Part shown: positions 49,736 through 60,693 of the stretch, piece after piece
Layout: the number at the start of each line of letters is the position of its first letter
Numbering within the stretch: position 1 is the stretch's first letter
From: Candidatus Dojkabacteria bacterium
Lineage (GTDB): Bacteria; Patescibacteriota; Dojkabacteria; J137
DNA: 64,000 bases
Direction: 5' to 3'
NCBI GenBank assembly: GCA_025999215.1
Contig: AP024679.1
Location: 433,082 to 497,081, forward strand
Program-made: the position numbers and the translations under genes
Notes under the pieces: model-generated
The model's database searches: none
What the model saw: only the letters and a program-made list of their open reading frames with translations
Told to the model about the DNA's origin: nothing

Positions 49736-50341
49736 ATGAATTTTATTAAAAACTTTTCTGGAATAATTGCTTGTTTTGTTGTTGTGATATCAAGCCTAGT
49801 TTGTACCACTTTGGCTCCAGATGTAATTGAAGAGAAGGATTATGTATTGAGTTATTTCGGTAAAGAATCTCAAACTCAATTTATTTTCAACTTTAGCTTA
49901 ATTTTGGCTGGACTATTTTTAATGATATTTTTAAATTATTTGCGAGTAAAACTAGAGATATCGTATAGCAAAGTTGTTTTATTTTCACCAGCGATTTTTT
50001 TTATGTTAGTTGGAGTTTTCTCATTGGATGTTAATAGTTTTTTACACACACTTTGCTTTATCGCTTTTATTTTCAGCTGGTTTGTAAATGTTATTTTGAT
50101 TTCTAAATTTGTAAGAAAAAAAATATATGCAAGTTTTTTGAGTGGAACGAGCTTTAGTGCATATATTATTCTTTCTACTTTGTTTCTGGCTGATGTAAGA
50201 TTTTGGATATGGGCAGAATTTGTTTTAGGTTCATTTGTTTTATTTCAAATTTTAATACTTACGGATTATGTAATATTTTTGAAAGAAAAAAGATTTTCTT
50301 TTAAAAAAGTCCTGAAATATGAAAAAAAATTATTTGGTTGA
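49736..50341 (+). CDS. Hypothetical polytopic membrane protein (201 aa).
   Basis: It has 5-6 predicted TM helices. Confidence 0.5.
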   Translation: MNFIKNFSGIIACFVVVISSLVCTTLAPDVIEEKDYVLSYFGKESQTQFIFNFSLILAGLFLMIFLNYLRVKLEISYSKVVLFSPAIFFMLVGVFSLDVNSFLHTLCFIAFIFSWFVNVILISKFVRKKIYASFLSGTSFSAYIILSTLFLADVRFWIWAEFVLGSFVLFQILILTDYVIFLKEKRFSFKKVLKYEKKLFG

Positions 50342-51322
50342 CTCTATTCTTGTCCATGTTTTTATGAAATCCTTTTTTAAAACTCTTCTTTCCCAATAAA
50401 TCATTAGCCACAACCACAACCTTATTGGATAAAGACTTAAAGACCAAAGTAACTCTTTGAAATTTCTTGCGTACTTAATCGGAAACCAAAAATATTCAAG
50501 CTCTTTTTTGAACGATCTAGCTTTAGTTTCTGGTTTAACTACACCAAACTCCCAAAGTTGAACATAACCTCCTGTTGATCTTTTCTTTTGCGCCATGTAA
50601 TCTTTTAAATTGTTTGCGTATTTGACATAAACAATAGCGTTTGGAGAATATCTAATTTTGCCTCCATTGTTATGAACCACATATGAAATGTAAGCATCGT
50701 CAACTAAAGTGTTTTCAGGAAAAATTCCAATTCCAAAATCCACTTTGTGTTTGGGAAGAATATCTAAAAAGTCTTTTCTGATAGCCCATAAATATCCACT
50801 GACTGGAAAAAAATTAATTTTAGATACTATTTTTGTACTTTTTCCTTGAGGGTTAGGTGTTAGTTCTATGGTTCTTTTGTGGTGGGCAGCATCTGCTAGT
50901 AGATGTCCCAAGTAACTCATTCTTTTGTTTTTAGGTTCCATTGATTTTGGTCTTCCGCTAACGAGTGTGGCATTTTCTGTGATTAGAGTCGTAATTAAAT
51001 TTTTAACAGCATCTTTTTCCAAAAAAACATCTCCATCAGTAAAAACTAAAATATCTCCAGAAGCTTTTTCAATACATAAATTTAGCGCAGTTGGCTTTCC
51101 TTTACCGAACTTTCTTCCAGGATCTTGTATGTATGTGAAATTTTTTATGTTAAGCCTTTTAACAACTTCATATGCGCTATCTTTAGTTTCTTTATCAGGT
51201 GCTGCAACAATCAATTCAAAATCTCCAGTATATCCAGAATAGTTCGGGTCGGCGAGAGTCTCAATTGTCTTTTTAATTGTGTCGGCCTCTTTGTAGGCAG
51301 TTATTATCAATGATACTTTCAT
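50330..51322 (-). CDS. Family 2 glycosyltransferase.
   Basis: The N-terminus MKVSLIITAYKEADTIKKTIETL and the DGD (DxD) motif fit a GT-A fold. Confidence 0.7.
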   Translation of the reverse strand: MKVSLIITAYKEADTIKKTIETLADPNYSGYTGDFELIVAAPDKETKDSAYEVVKRLNIKNFTYIQDPGRKFGKGKPTALNLCIEKASGDILVFTDGDVFLEKDAVKNLITTLITENATLVSGRPKSMEPKNKRMSYLGHLLADAAHHKRTIELTPNPQGKSTKIVSKINFFPVSGYLWAIRKDFLDILPKHKVDFGIGIFPENTLVDDAYISYVVHNNGGKIRYSPNAIVYVKYANNLKDYMAQKKRSTGGYVQLWEFGVVKPETKARSFKKELEYFWFPIKYARNFKELLWSLSLYPIRLWLWLMIYWERRVLKKDFIKTWTRIESTK

Positions 51323-51416
51323 GTTTATAGTTTTGAGTTCGTTAATTTTAACATTTTACTTTTAAATTTTCTAATTGCTGATTTAAAAATATTTCTTTGG
51401 TGTGAGATAATCATTC

Positions 51417-52268
51417 ATGTCGGAATTTTTGATAACACACATTGGCTGGAGCAAAAAAGGTCAAAAATATTTGCCAGTTCTAGAGTGGTTTAGATTAGAC
51501 AACCATGAATTTCAAAAGGTTGAGCTGGATAAGTTTAAAAATTTTGATTTTACAAAGCAATCTTCCAAAAAATTTTGTATTGGATACTATGATGAGTTAG
51601 AGGGAAAGAAACCTTGCCCAAGGTTAAAACTTATTGATGAAAAGTATGAAAGGTGTTTTGAGTGTGAAGAAAAAAATCAATTAAAAAGTATTCTTTTTTT
51701 TGGTAAAACTCCAACAACTCAAGGTTTAAAAAATTATTTTAATTCAGAGCATTTAGTATACTTGGCATATTTTGAGCCTAATATTTTAAAAGTAGGTACT
51801 GTTAATATCAAAAGATCAGAGTTAAGACTCTTAGAGCAAGATGCGCAGGCGTATGTTTTTATTGCTCGAACCCCGAATGCTGAAAGCGCTTGGAAACTTG
51901 AAAAATACTTATCAAAAAGATTTGGTTTAACTACAGCTGTTCAATCAAAAACTAAGTTTTCAACCATTACTCTGAAGCCTAACCTTGACAAAATAAAAAC
52001 ACTCTTAAATCAAAAAACAAATGAGATTGAAAAGAACATAGATGAAAATTATTTTGAATTTTTGCTTACATCAAAGAATATAAATTCATTTTTTCAAAAT
52101 GATATAATCTTTTACCCTGAGACTCTTCCGAAGAAGATGACGAAAGCTTCAAAAATAAAAGGAGTTTTTAAGGGGTTACGTGGAAATTACTTAATTTTAG
52201 AATCTGAGCAAAACTATTTTGCTTATTCAAAAAAAGATTTAGTTGGTTATAGAATAAGTTATGTTTAA
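51417..52268 (+). CDS. Hypothetical protein with a CxxC...CxxC Zn-ribbon.
   Basis: The Cys pairs are CPRLKLIDEKYERCFEC. No recognised catalytic motif. Confidence 0.4.
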   Translation: MSEFLITHIGWSKKGQKYLPVLEWFRLDNHEFQKVELDKFKNFDFTKQSSKKFCIGYYDELEGKKPCPRLKLIDEKYERCFECEEKNQLKSILFFGKTPTTQGLKNYFNSEHLVYLAYFEPNILKVGTVNIKRSELRLLEQDAQAYVFIARTPNAESAWKLEKYLSKRFGLTTAVQSKTKFSTITLKPNLDKIKTLLNQKTNEIEKNIDENYFEFLLTSKNINSFFQNDIIFYPETLPKKMTKASKIKGVFKGLRGNYLILESEQNYFAYSKKDLVGYRISYV

Positions 52269-52947
52269 TGGAAATACAGTCTTAAAAAATAAAAGACAAA
52301 TTTATGGAAATGTTTGGGAGTATCAATTGGAACTTGATCAAACTCTTGAGTTTGTGCCCGGGCAATTTGTAAGTATAGAGGTTGATAAAATGATCAGGCG
52401 GTCTTATTCGATTTTATCAGTTGAAGAAAATTTATTAACCCTTGTGATAGATTTGTCTCCTGGAGGTCCAGGCTCTAAGTTTTTTGCGCAGATAAAACCT
52501 GGGCAAAATGTCAAAATTATGGGGCCTCTAGGCAGGTTTACTTTATCAAATGTCAATATTGAAAAAGTTTTTATTGCAACAGGCACGGGGATTGTGCCGT
52601 TTGTTCCAATGATTAAATATTTACTTAAAAATCAATTTCCACATAAAATTTCACTTTTTTTTGGAACTAAATTTTTAGAAGAAAATAAAAATTACCACTA
52701 CTTAAATTTTGAAGAAGCAAATTATGAAAATTTTGAAGTTTATCGATGTATTACAAGAGATAAATTTATAGAGGATGATCATACTTTTTTAGGCAGAGTT
52801 ACTGAAGTTTTACCAAGACTAATTACAAACTGGGAAAATAAAGAATTTTATATTTGCGGAGTAAATGTGATGATTGATGATGTAGTTGATATTTTAAATA
52901 AAAATAACGTTTCTCCTTCTCGAATATTTTTTGAAAAGTACGGCTAA
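52261..52947 (+). CDS. FAD/NAD(P)-binding oxidoreductase (ferredoxin-NADP reductase-like).
   Basis: It has RRSYSILS (the RxYS FAD motif) and GTGIVPF (the NAD(P) GxGxxP motif). Confidence 0.55.
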   Translation: MFNGNTVLKNKRQIYGNVWEYQLELDQTLEFVPGQFVSIEVDKMIRRSYSILSVEENLLTLVIDLSPGGPGSKFFAQIKPGQNVKIMGPLGRFTLSNVNIEKVFIATGTGIVPFVPMIKYLLKNQFPHKISLFFGTKFLEENKNYHYLNFEEANYENFEVYRCITRDKFIEDDHTFLGRVTEVLPRLITNWENKEFYICGVNVMIDDVVDILNKNNVSPSRIFFEKYG

Positions 52948-53537
52948 TCTAGCAAAAAATCTATATCTAATTTTTGGAGCTCTTGCGCCATTCGTTCAAG
53001 TAATCTTTCCATTTTGTGTTCATCATTTAGTTTAATTTTGCCAACGCCGATTTGTGAAGCTGCAAGAATTGTGTTAGCTATCAAAATACTATACAGAGAT
53101 TCAAGAATGCTTGCAAAAATATCTATATTTTCATCTCTAATAATTTCAGATTCTAGTTCTGGGCTTAATTCTGCCATTTTTGTAATACCACTTTTGTTCG
53201 CCAAAGCATTTTGAAGAAGTTTTTCTATGGTTGGTTTAATTTCAAATTCATTATTATCTTGACTTATATCTGGATACTTCTCAACTTTTGATATATCAGC
53301 TGCGCTTTTGGCTATCTCAAGCAAGTTATCCATTAAAATCATTTTATCTTTAATTTTTTTGAGTACATCGTCAATTAAATCTAACCTTTTGGCAACATCC
53401 ACAATGATTTCATATAGATCTACTTCTTCTATTGTAAGTTGTCTGCTCATGTCTTCTGCAGGGTGAAATGTTATTGTAGGTTTAAAGTTAATAATATTTA
53501 ATGCTATGTATGGGTAAATATTTTGTGGCTCTTTCAT
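52944..53537 (-). CDS. Hypothetical protein (197 aa).
   Basis: The ORF is intact and its stop overlaps the upstream gene. No motif was recognised. Confidence 0.4.
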   Translation of the reverse strand: MKEPQNIYPYIALNIINFKPTITFHPAEDMSRQLTIEEVDLYEIIVDVAKRLDLIDDVLKKIKDKMILMDNLLEIAKSAADISKVEKYPDISQDNNEFEIKPTIEKLLQNALANKSGITKMAELSPELESEIIRDENIDIFASILESLYSILIANTILAASQIGVGKIKLNDEHKMERLLERMAQELQKLDIDFLLD

Positions 53538-53597
53538 AACCTATTATACCATCTTTTGCGAAAAATTTTTAATATGCTGTTATAATTACTTGTTGCT

Positions 53598-54737
53598 ATG
53601 AAAAAAACTATTAAAACCAATCACGGAGAAATAAAAACACCGGCTTTTATGCCTGATGCAACCTATGGTTCAATTAAGACAGTTTCATTTAATGATGTTA
53701 AGAAGGCAGGAATTAAAGAAATTGTTACAACAACGCTACATATTGAACAAAAAGTAGGTAGTATATACATTAAAAAATTTGGAGGCATTCATAAATTTTT
53801 TAAATGGGATAGACCAATTTTAACTGATAGCGGCGGATGGCAAGTATTTTCCTTAATTAACTCTCCAAAATCAAACGGGAAAAACAAATTAACAAATGCT
53901 GGTTGCACTTTTGTGGATCCGAGTACTGGAAAAACTTCCCTACTCACTCCAGAAAACTCAATTCAAATTCAACTTAATTTAGGTTCTGACATTTTGACAG
54001 TACTAGATATTCCGATTGATCCAACTATATCCCTTGAAGAGCGAAAGAAAGCGACAACCTTAAATTCGCTATGGGCACAAAGGGCAAAAAAATACTTTGA
54101 TCAAAATAAATTGCCTGGTCAGCTTTTGGGCGCAGTTATACAAGGTGGGGATGATTTCGAGCTACGTAAGCAAAGCGCTAAAGATTTAGCTGAGTTAGAT
54201 TTTGATTTATATAATTTTGGTGGAATTCCTTTGTATTCTGAAGTTTCATGGAAATATGATTATCCCCAAGGACTTTACAGAGAGATGTTACATTTTGTTA
54301 AAAGCCTTATTCCAGACGATAAAATATCATACGCAATGGGAGTTGGAATGCCTGATGATATTGCTTATTGTGTGGATATTGGCTGGGATTTGTTTGATAC
54401 TGTTTTACCAACCAGAAATGCAAGGCATGGTTTTCTTTTTGTATCCGAAGGTCAAGGTGATGCAACTCGTAGTTACAAAAGTCCTTTTGATGATTCAAAG
54501 CTTTCTAAAAAAAGTTTTAGTTATGATATTTTGCATCTGCGGAATAAAAGGTATGAGTTTGATGAAAACCCCGTTGATGTTAATTGTACATGTGAGTGTT
54601 GTAAAAGTGTTTCGAGAGCTTATTTGAGGTATTTGATTAGAATTAAAGAACCCGCTGGTTTTAGACTTGCAACTATTCACAATTTAACGTTTTATGCTAA
54701 TTGGGTTAATAAGCTTATGATTTCGATTTCAAATTAA
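53598..54737 (+). CDS. tgt: Queuine tRNA-ribosyltransferase.
   Basis: It has LTDSGGWQVFSL, a DxD catalytic region and the Zn site CTCECCKSVSRAYLRYL. Confidence 0.9.
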   Translation: MKKTIKTNHGEIKTPAFMPDATYGSIKTVSFNDVKKAGIKEIVTTTLHIEQKVGSIYIKKFGGIHKFFKWDRPILTDSGGWQVFSLINSPKSNGKNKLTNAGCTFVDPSTGKTSLLTPENSIQIQLNLGSDILTVLDIPIDPTISLEERKKATTLNSLWAQRAKKYFDQNKLPGQLLGAVIQGGDDFELRKQSAKDLAELDFDLYNFGGIPLYSEVSWKYDYPQGLYREMLHFVKSLIPDDKISYAMGVGMPDDIAYCVDIGWDLFDTVLPTRNARHGFLFVSEGQGDATRSYKSPFDDSKLSKKSFSYDILHLRNKRYEFDENPVDVNCTCECCKSVSRAYLRYLIRIKEPAGFRLATIHNLTFYANWVNKLMISISN

Positions 54738-54768
54738 ATTTCATTATCGTTGATTTTTTTAAAATGCT

Positions 54769-55488
54769 TTATAACTCGTTTTCAAAAATTATATCTCCAA
54801 CTGCACATAAAAATTCAATAATTATATCTATAAAAATGCATAAAATTAATAACTCAATATTTATGTCCTCATTATTCAAACCATTTATATCTAGCAATGA
54901 GTATAACTTTTCAGGTATTTTTGTTATAGAATTTAAAATATCTGAAACTTCAGATAGATTACCAATGAATTCATTGTAATAAGCCATAATTCTACCATTT
55001 TCATTTAGAGTATTGTTGTGGTTTTTACTTATAGTATTTTGGCTGGTTTCACTTATTTTCTTATAGTTTATAATTTGACTAAATGTATTAACAAGTTCTA
55101 TAGCATCATCAATACCTATTGCGTTTATAAGGTCTCTTAGGTTTTGAATAAAATTTTCTTTAGTAAGAAACGCATAATTATTCTGTAAAGCACTTAATTT
55201 CAAATTGTATCTAATTACTGGCTCTATATTGGTTATATCATCTATATTGTGATTTTTGTATCGTACTAACAACTCGATAAGTATACGATTAATTTGAAAC
55301 ATTGCATCAAATGCTTCAGTATTTTGCTGTATATTATTTCTAATTATATCAATATTTTTTTTTACATAATTAATTTGGTCAGAAGGGTTGCCCTTAGATA
55401 CGAAAAAACTATTATATATATCTTCAGCGATTTCACTTTGAAATTTAAGCAAATTAGGATTGGGATTTTCAATATTGAGTTGACTCAT
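54769..55488 (-). CDS. Hypothetical Asn/Ile-rich ORFan protein (239 aa).
   Basis: The ORF is intact. No motif was recognised. Confidence 0.4.
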   Translation of the reverse strand: MSQLNIENPNPNLLKFQSEIAEDIYNSFFVSKGNPSDQINYVKKNIDIIRNNIQQNTEAFDAMFQINRILIELLVRYKNHNIDDITNIEPVIRYNLKLSALQNNYAFLTKENFIQNLRDLINAIGIDDAIELVNTFSQIINYKKISETSQNTISKNHNNTLNENGRIMAYYNEFIGNLSEVSDILNSITKIPEKLYSLLDINGLNNEDINIELLILCIFIDIIIEFLCAVGDIIFENEL

Positions 55489-55647
55489 AAATATCTATTA
55501 AACAAAATAAATAATTTCAAGAAAAAGTGATGACATTTTATCACATCTGAATAAATTTTTCAAGAAACATTACAAGAGCAACATGAGAGCTTTTTAACAC
55601 TCGATATCTAAAAAATGAAAATTATGAAATGCCCCAAATTCAAAAAA

Positions 55648-56301
55648 TTAATTTTCCGGCTGAGCAGATAATTCACATAACGTTTCAACTAACGTATCTG
55701 TAAAGGTTTTATTATTTGCTAATTCTGCTAGTTTTGGTAATTTAGAGAGTTGTTGTTCTAAAAAAGTTTTATCTAAATTATATACATTTTGAAGCTCAGT
55801 AATGCCAGTTAAAACTTTTAAAATAGTTTCTGATACAACATTTTTTGAAGATGAACCAGTAGTGCTAGTTAAAACTTCTAAAATAAATTTTGATAAATCA
55901 TCTGAAGATGAACCAGAGTTAATATTATCTTTCTATTTTATAATTTTATGATGCAATATAGATAATCTTAGGATTATTGGTTGCATTATGTTAGCTAAAG
56001 CTTGTTGAGGATTTTCCTGAAGTATTAGTGAATTTAAAGTATTTGTCTCTGAAGGTTTTGTCTCTAAAGACATAATATGAATAATATAACTTAAAAGTAT
56101 GTCTAAAAATGCATTAAATACTTCATCACCAACATTTAGTTTTAGTTTTTTTTCTTCTAACTTTTTTCTTAATGCTTCTTTTAAATTCTCTCTGTTCTCT
56201 GAACTTAATTTTGTTTGAAAAACATTTAGAATTTTCGTTAACTGAGCTATTGTTAGTGATTCTCCTGTTGTGTCCTGTTTGATTGTTTCTGCCATAAACA
56301 T
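55648..56301 (-). CDS. Hypothetical protein interrupted by an in-frame TAG at about 55930. The upstream 122 aa and a downstream roughly 93-aa continuation lie in the same frame. The C-terminal part contains a tandem roughly 19-aa repeat.
   Basis: The translation reads ...HHKIIK-TAG-KDNINSGSSSDDLSKFILEVLTSTTGSSSKNVVSETILKVLTGITELQ... in one frame. The DNA carries a tandem imperfect roughly 57 bp repeat at 55810-55925. Confidence 0.4.
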
Positions 56302-56396
56302 AACTTTTTTTTTAAAAAAAAACGTTAAATTGTATCATACAAGCTTACTTTTTACAAGATATTCCAAAAAAAATTTCTTTTTTGGTACAATGAAGC

Positions 56397-57959
56397 GTGG
56401 CGAATTTTTTCAAAAGACCAAAACCTTTAGTTTTAATCTCAATGGATGGTGTTGGTGTGGCTGAACCAGGCCCTGGCAATGCTGTAACTTTAGCCAAAAC
56501 TTCAAACCTTGATAGGCTATGGTATGAATATCCTCATACTTACCTTGAAGCTGCTTCATTGAGTGTTGGGTTACCTGTTGGTACAGATGGAAATAGTGAA
56601 GTTGGACACATGACAATGGGCGCTGGTAAAGTGATTTTTCAAGATTTACCAAGAATTGATAATTCTATCCAAACTGGAGCATTTCAACATAACCCAGTTT
56701 TGAAAGAGGCATTTAGATATGCCAAAGATCACAAATCTAATATTCATGTGATGGGGTTGGTTGGAAAAGGAAAAGTTCATTCATCGTTTGAACATCTCAA
56801 AGCAATCATTGACATGGCAAGTGCAGAGGATGCAGATTCTAATAGGTTTTTTATCCATGCTTTTACTGATGGTAGAGATTCTGGCGTTAATGACGGATTA
56901 GATTTGCTTGATAATTTAGAGATATATTGTAAGCAGAGAAGAATTGGAAGAATAGCATCCATCATAGGAAGAGCTTACGCAATGGATCGTGACGAACGAT
57001 GGGATAGAACACAAAAGGCTTATAACTTAATTACTGAAGGAATTGGTGAAAAGGTTAAAGATTGGAGAAAAAGATTAAAAGAATTTTACAAAAAAGGTGT
57101 GAGTGATGAATACATAGAGCCGTTAGTAATCCTTGACCGGCATGATTCATATTCCAAAGTTGGTGAAAATGATGTTGTGATTTTTTTTAACTTTCGACCT
57201 GATCGAGCAATACAACTTACTAAGGCATTTGAAGATAAAAATTTTAGAGGTTTTGATAGATCTTTAATACCAGGGTTATTTTTTGTTGGGTTGACTAGTT
57301 ATGAAGATAATTTGCCAAGCAAAGTTGCTTTTCCACCTGAAGATATTACAATGCCACTAGGAAAGGTACTCTCACTGAATGGTTTAACTCAGCTTAGAAT
57401 TGCGGAGTCAGAAAAATTTCCTCATGTTACTTATTTCTTCAATGGTGGTAACGAGGAAGTATTGCCTGGTGAAACTTATGTTGAAATACCTTCCCCGAAA
57501 GATGTAGCCACTTACGACTTGAAACCTGAAATGAGCATGGAATGGGTTACAACAGAATTAATTAAAAGATTAGAGACTGGCAAGTTTGATTTTGCTTTAA
57601 TTAATTTTGCAGGACCAGATATGGTTGGACACACAGGAGTGATTGATGCTACGATAAAATCAATGGAAATTTGTGATCAGCAAATTGGAAGAATTGTTAA
57701 GTATGTACTAAATCATGACGGCGCTGTGGTAATTACAGCGGATCACGGTAATGCCGAAGAAATGATAAATACTATCACAGGAGAGCCAGACACAAAACAT
57801 TCTACAAACCCTGTTCCTTTCTTGGCGGTTAAAAAAGGACTTAAGCCTGTAGAATTGCCAGTGGGAGGTTTGGCTGATGTGGCACCAACAATTTTGGCGA
57901 TGTTAGGTTTGGAAATACCAGCAGAGATGACAGGCAGAAATTTACTTGAAGGAATATGA
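56397..57959 (+). CDS. gpmI: 2,3-bisphosphoglycerate-independent phosphoglycerate mutase.
   Basis: The N-terminus LVLISMDGVGVAEPGPGNAV...SEVGHMTMGAGKV shows the metal-binding iPGM signatures. The length is 520 aa. Confidence 0.9.
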   Translation: MANFFKRPKPLVLISMDGVGVAEPGPGNAVTLAKTSNLDRLWYEYPHTYLEAASLSVGLPVGTDGNSEVGHMTMGAGKVIFQDLPRIDNSIQTGAFQHNPVLKEAFRYAKDHKSNIHVMGLVGKGKVHSSFEHLKAIIDMASAEDADSNRFFIHAFTDGRDSGVNDGLDLLDNLEIYCKQRRIGRIASIIGRAYAMDRDERWDRTQKAYNLITEGIGEKVKDWRKRLKEFYKKGVSDEYIEPLVILDRHDSYSKVGENDVVIFFNFRPDRAIQLTKAFEDKNFRGFDRSLIPGLFFVGLTSYEDNLPSKVAFPPEDITMPLGKVLSLNGLTQLRIAESEKFPHVTYFFNGGNEEVLPGETYVEIPSPKDVATYDLKPEMSMEWVTTELIKRLETGKFDFALINFAGPDMVGHTGVIDATIKSMEICDQQIGRIVKYVLNHDGAVVITADHGNAEEMINTITGEPDTKHSTNPVPFLAVKKGLKPVELPVGGLADVAPTILAMLGLEIPAEMTGRNLLEGI

Positions 57960-58993
57960 ATGAGAAAACAAAAATAAAAAATGAAATTTTAAATAAAATT
58001 GAAAATGCTTCAAATATTGCAATTTGCGCTCACAGAAATCCAGATTTTGATTGCATATCATCAGCTTTGATTTTTTATTTTTTTATTAAAGAAAATTATA
58101 AAAAGTCAGCTACAATTTTTGTAGAAGATGATGTTGATGGTTTAGAATTTTACAGTACTCTGCCAGGTTTTGATAAGGTAAATTTTGTAGATGATTTGGC
58201 AAAAAGCATTAGTGCTTATGATCTTTTAATCTTTGTTGATAGCAACGTTTACAAACAATTTACAAGTGATCCATTAGCATTAGAAAATATTTTAAAATCA
58301 AAAGAAAATATACTAGTTGATCATCACGATGGGGAAGGTGATCGCTTTAACACAAAATTTGCTTTTCCCGAAAGCCCTTCATGTGCTGGGGTTTTTACTG
58401 ATTTTTTGTTTGATGAAAATAGTGCTAATTTTGAAATGGCTTTTTGGAGTGTTGTGGGAATAATGTCCGATACTTCAAAACTTTCATATGTTGATAGTAC
58501 TCAAATTTTTGAAGTTGAGAAATTAACAAGACTTGTTAAGCAATTTCTAATTGATCTTAGGTTGGTAAATAGAATTTTAGACTACAGAACTCGTTTTGAT
58601 GTGTTGCAAGAGCAAGAGTTATTTAAAAATTTAAGTGTCAGATTCTCCGAAAAATTAAATTGTAATTTTATTTGTTCGTTTTTGAGTGAAGATTTTTACA
58701 AAATTGATGCTGGTAAAAAAGGTTTAGCTGAAAGTACTTTTATAAATTTTTATTTATACAATATTGCAAATTGCGAATGGGGTTTTGTGGTGAAGATGAA
58801 AGATAGCAAAAATTTTAAAATTTCTTTTAGATCTAGCGGTAGAGGTCCTAATGTAAGACTTTGGACAGAACTGTTTGGAGGTGGTGGACATAATCAAGCT
58901 GCTGGTGCATCAATTAAATTTGATAAAAATACCAAGCCTTTGGAGGTTATTGATTATGTTATCCAAAAAATTGAAAATTCTAGTATAAAATAG
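57956..58993 (+). CDS. DHH-family phosphoesterase (NrnA-like).
   Basis: It has ICAHRNPDFDCISSAL (DHH motifs I-II), VDHHDGEG and a C-terminal DHHA1-like GGGH. Confidence 0.7.
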   Translation: MNEKTKIKNEILNKIENASNIAICAHRNPDFDCISSALIFYFFIKENYKKSATIFVEDDVDGLEFYSTLPGFDKVNFVDDLAKSISAYDLLIFVDSNVYKQFTSDPLALENILKSKENILVDHHDGEGDRFNTKFAFPESPSCAGVFTDFLFDENSANFEMAFWSVVGIMSDTSKLSYVDSTQIFEVEKLTRLVKQFLIDLRLVNRILDYRTRFDVLQEQELFKNLSVRFSEKLNCNFICSFLSEDFYKIDAGKKGLAESTFINFYLYNIANCEWGFVVKMKDSKNFKISFRSSGRGPNVRLWTELFGGGGHNQAAGASIKFDKNTKPLEVIDYVIQKIENSSIK

Positions 58994-59037
58994 TAATAAA
59001 TTGTTATTTTTACAATAATATCTTTTAGTTATTTAAA

Positions 59038-60468
59038 ATGAAAAAATCTTTAATAATTTTGCTGACAATTTTTTTTGTGTGTTGCTGTTTACTAATTTTA
59101 GGATTTATTGTTATTTTTACATTAAGCTCTGAAAGATTTAATCTAAAAGGAAAATATCAAGCAGAAACTCCTCATGAAGGAATAGAAATGTTTTTGGCAG
59201 ATACTCTAATTACTTTTGTTGATAATTTAGATTTTAGTAGTGAGCAAAATCTTGCACGTTCTTTATCAGACAGCAATGCTTTAGGTAATTCCGTAGTAGA
59301 AGTTTTTGAAAAAACAAAATTTTTGCAATATCCAGAATTTTCTAAAGAAAATAATTCAATTGAAGCTGTTTTAAATTTTTCAGTAATAAATTCTGATGTA
59401 AATGCTAAATTTGATTCTAATTGGATTGTTGAATACGGAGATGAAAAGTTTAATAGAGATAGTTTAAAAGGAAAATTATCAAAAACTGAAGTTGAAAAGA
59501 TAATTAGAAGTTTTCCGAAACTTCAGGTGACTGGAAATTTAGAAAGTACTGAACTGGATGGAGAAATTGATTTTGACGCAAGATTTATGGAAGGAAAACT
59601 TTATGTTAGTTTCGGAGATCAAGCTTTAGAAGTCTTGGAAGTTCCAAGTGATATATTTTCAAATAATTTTGTTAAACTTAATTTAAATGAAACTATTGTA
59701 AACTCTACCCTTCAAAATCAAGAAGATTTTTTGACAGAAGAACAAATTGATTTTTTTACTGATGATGAAGATATAACAAAGTTATATCAAAATGAAGCTA
59801 AAATAAAGAAAAATTTAAGAAAAATTTTGAGAAATGGAAAAATTTTTAGTGATGTTGAAGAAATTGATTCTAAGTTATTTCCTTTGGCAGTTAATTGCTA
59901 CAACGGTCAAGTGGATACAACAGAAATGAGACAAAGTTTTGAAAAGTATGGATTAGAGTTAGTAACTCTTCTTACTCCTGATTTAGAAGATCCTATTGAA
60001 GCTTTTAACCAAACTTTGGACTCTTTAATTGATGCAGAGAAGTTTTTTGATGAAAATGAAACTTTTATAAATTACTGTGTTGATAAGAATAAAAACTTTT
60101 CTGGTTTGGAAGTTACCATTGAAGCAAGTAATTTTGAATTTAAATTAAATTATTTCTTAAAAGATTTAAATTCTAGTAAAAAAATTACTAAACCGCAAGA
60201 TTATTTTGATATTACAGATTTGGTTTTATCTTCTGATGGCACAGTTAACTTAGGTACTCTATTTAGTGGCAATTTATACAACTTAGAGAATAATCATGAC
60301 GAACTTACACCTAAGAAAAGTGATGAATTTATTTATAACTCAAACATTGATTGGGATAAGTATTTAAAAGACGTTGATGAAATAATCAAAGAGTTTGAAA
60401 ACGGAAATATTGACTATGAAGAGTATTTGAAAAGATTTGATGAGCTAAATTTGAAGTATGGTGTTTGA
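59038..60468 (+). CDS. Hypothetical N-anchored extracytoplasmic protein (476 aa).
   Basis: It has a signal-anchor LIILLTIFFVCCCLLILGFIVIF. No motif was recognised. Confidence 0.45.
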   Translation: MKKSLIILLTIFFVCCCLLILGFIVIFTLSSERFNLKGKYQAETPHEGIEMFLADTLITFVDNLDFSSEQNLARSLSDSNALGNSVVEVFEKTKFLQYPEFSKENNSIEAVLNFSVINSDVNAKFDSNWIVEYGDEKFNRDSLKGKLSKTEVEKIIRSFPKLQVTGNLESTELDGEIDFDARFMEGKLYVSFGDQALEVLEVPSDIFSNNFVKLNLNETIVNSTLQNQEDFLTEEQIDFFTDDEDITKLYQNEAKIKKNLRKILRNGKIFSDVEEIDSKLFPLAVNCYNGQVDTTEMRQSFEKYGLELVTLLTPDLEDPIEAFNQTLDSLIDAEKFFDENETFINYCVDKNKNFSGLEVTIEASNFEFKLNYFLKDLNSSKKITKPQDYFDITDLVLSSDGTVNLGTLFSGNLYNLENNHDELTPKKSDEFIYNSNIDWDKYLKDVDEIIKEFENGNIDYEEYLKRFDELNLKYGV

Positions 60469-60693
60469 TGTGATTTTGAGATATGGTTCATAATATAATA
60501 GTTTTACGACTTAAATTTATTTTGATATTGATAACTTAAGTAAAATCTTTTATAGATCCACAAGTTTTTTGGTTTATAGGTGTAATAAAAATTTTAAGTA
60601 TAAGTTAAATTTAAAGTGGTTTTAAAAAGTTGGGAAGTATGTTATAATGTAATCGGTTTGAATTAGCTCAAGCAACGCTAAAGGAGAATAGCC

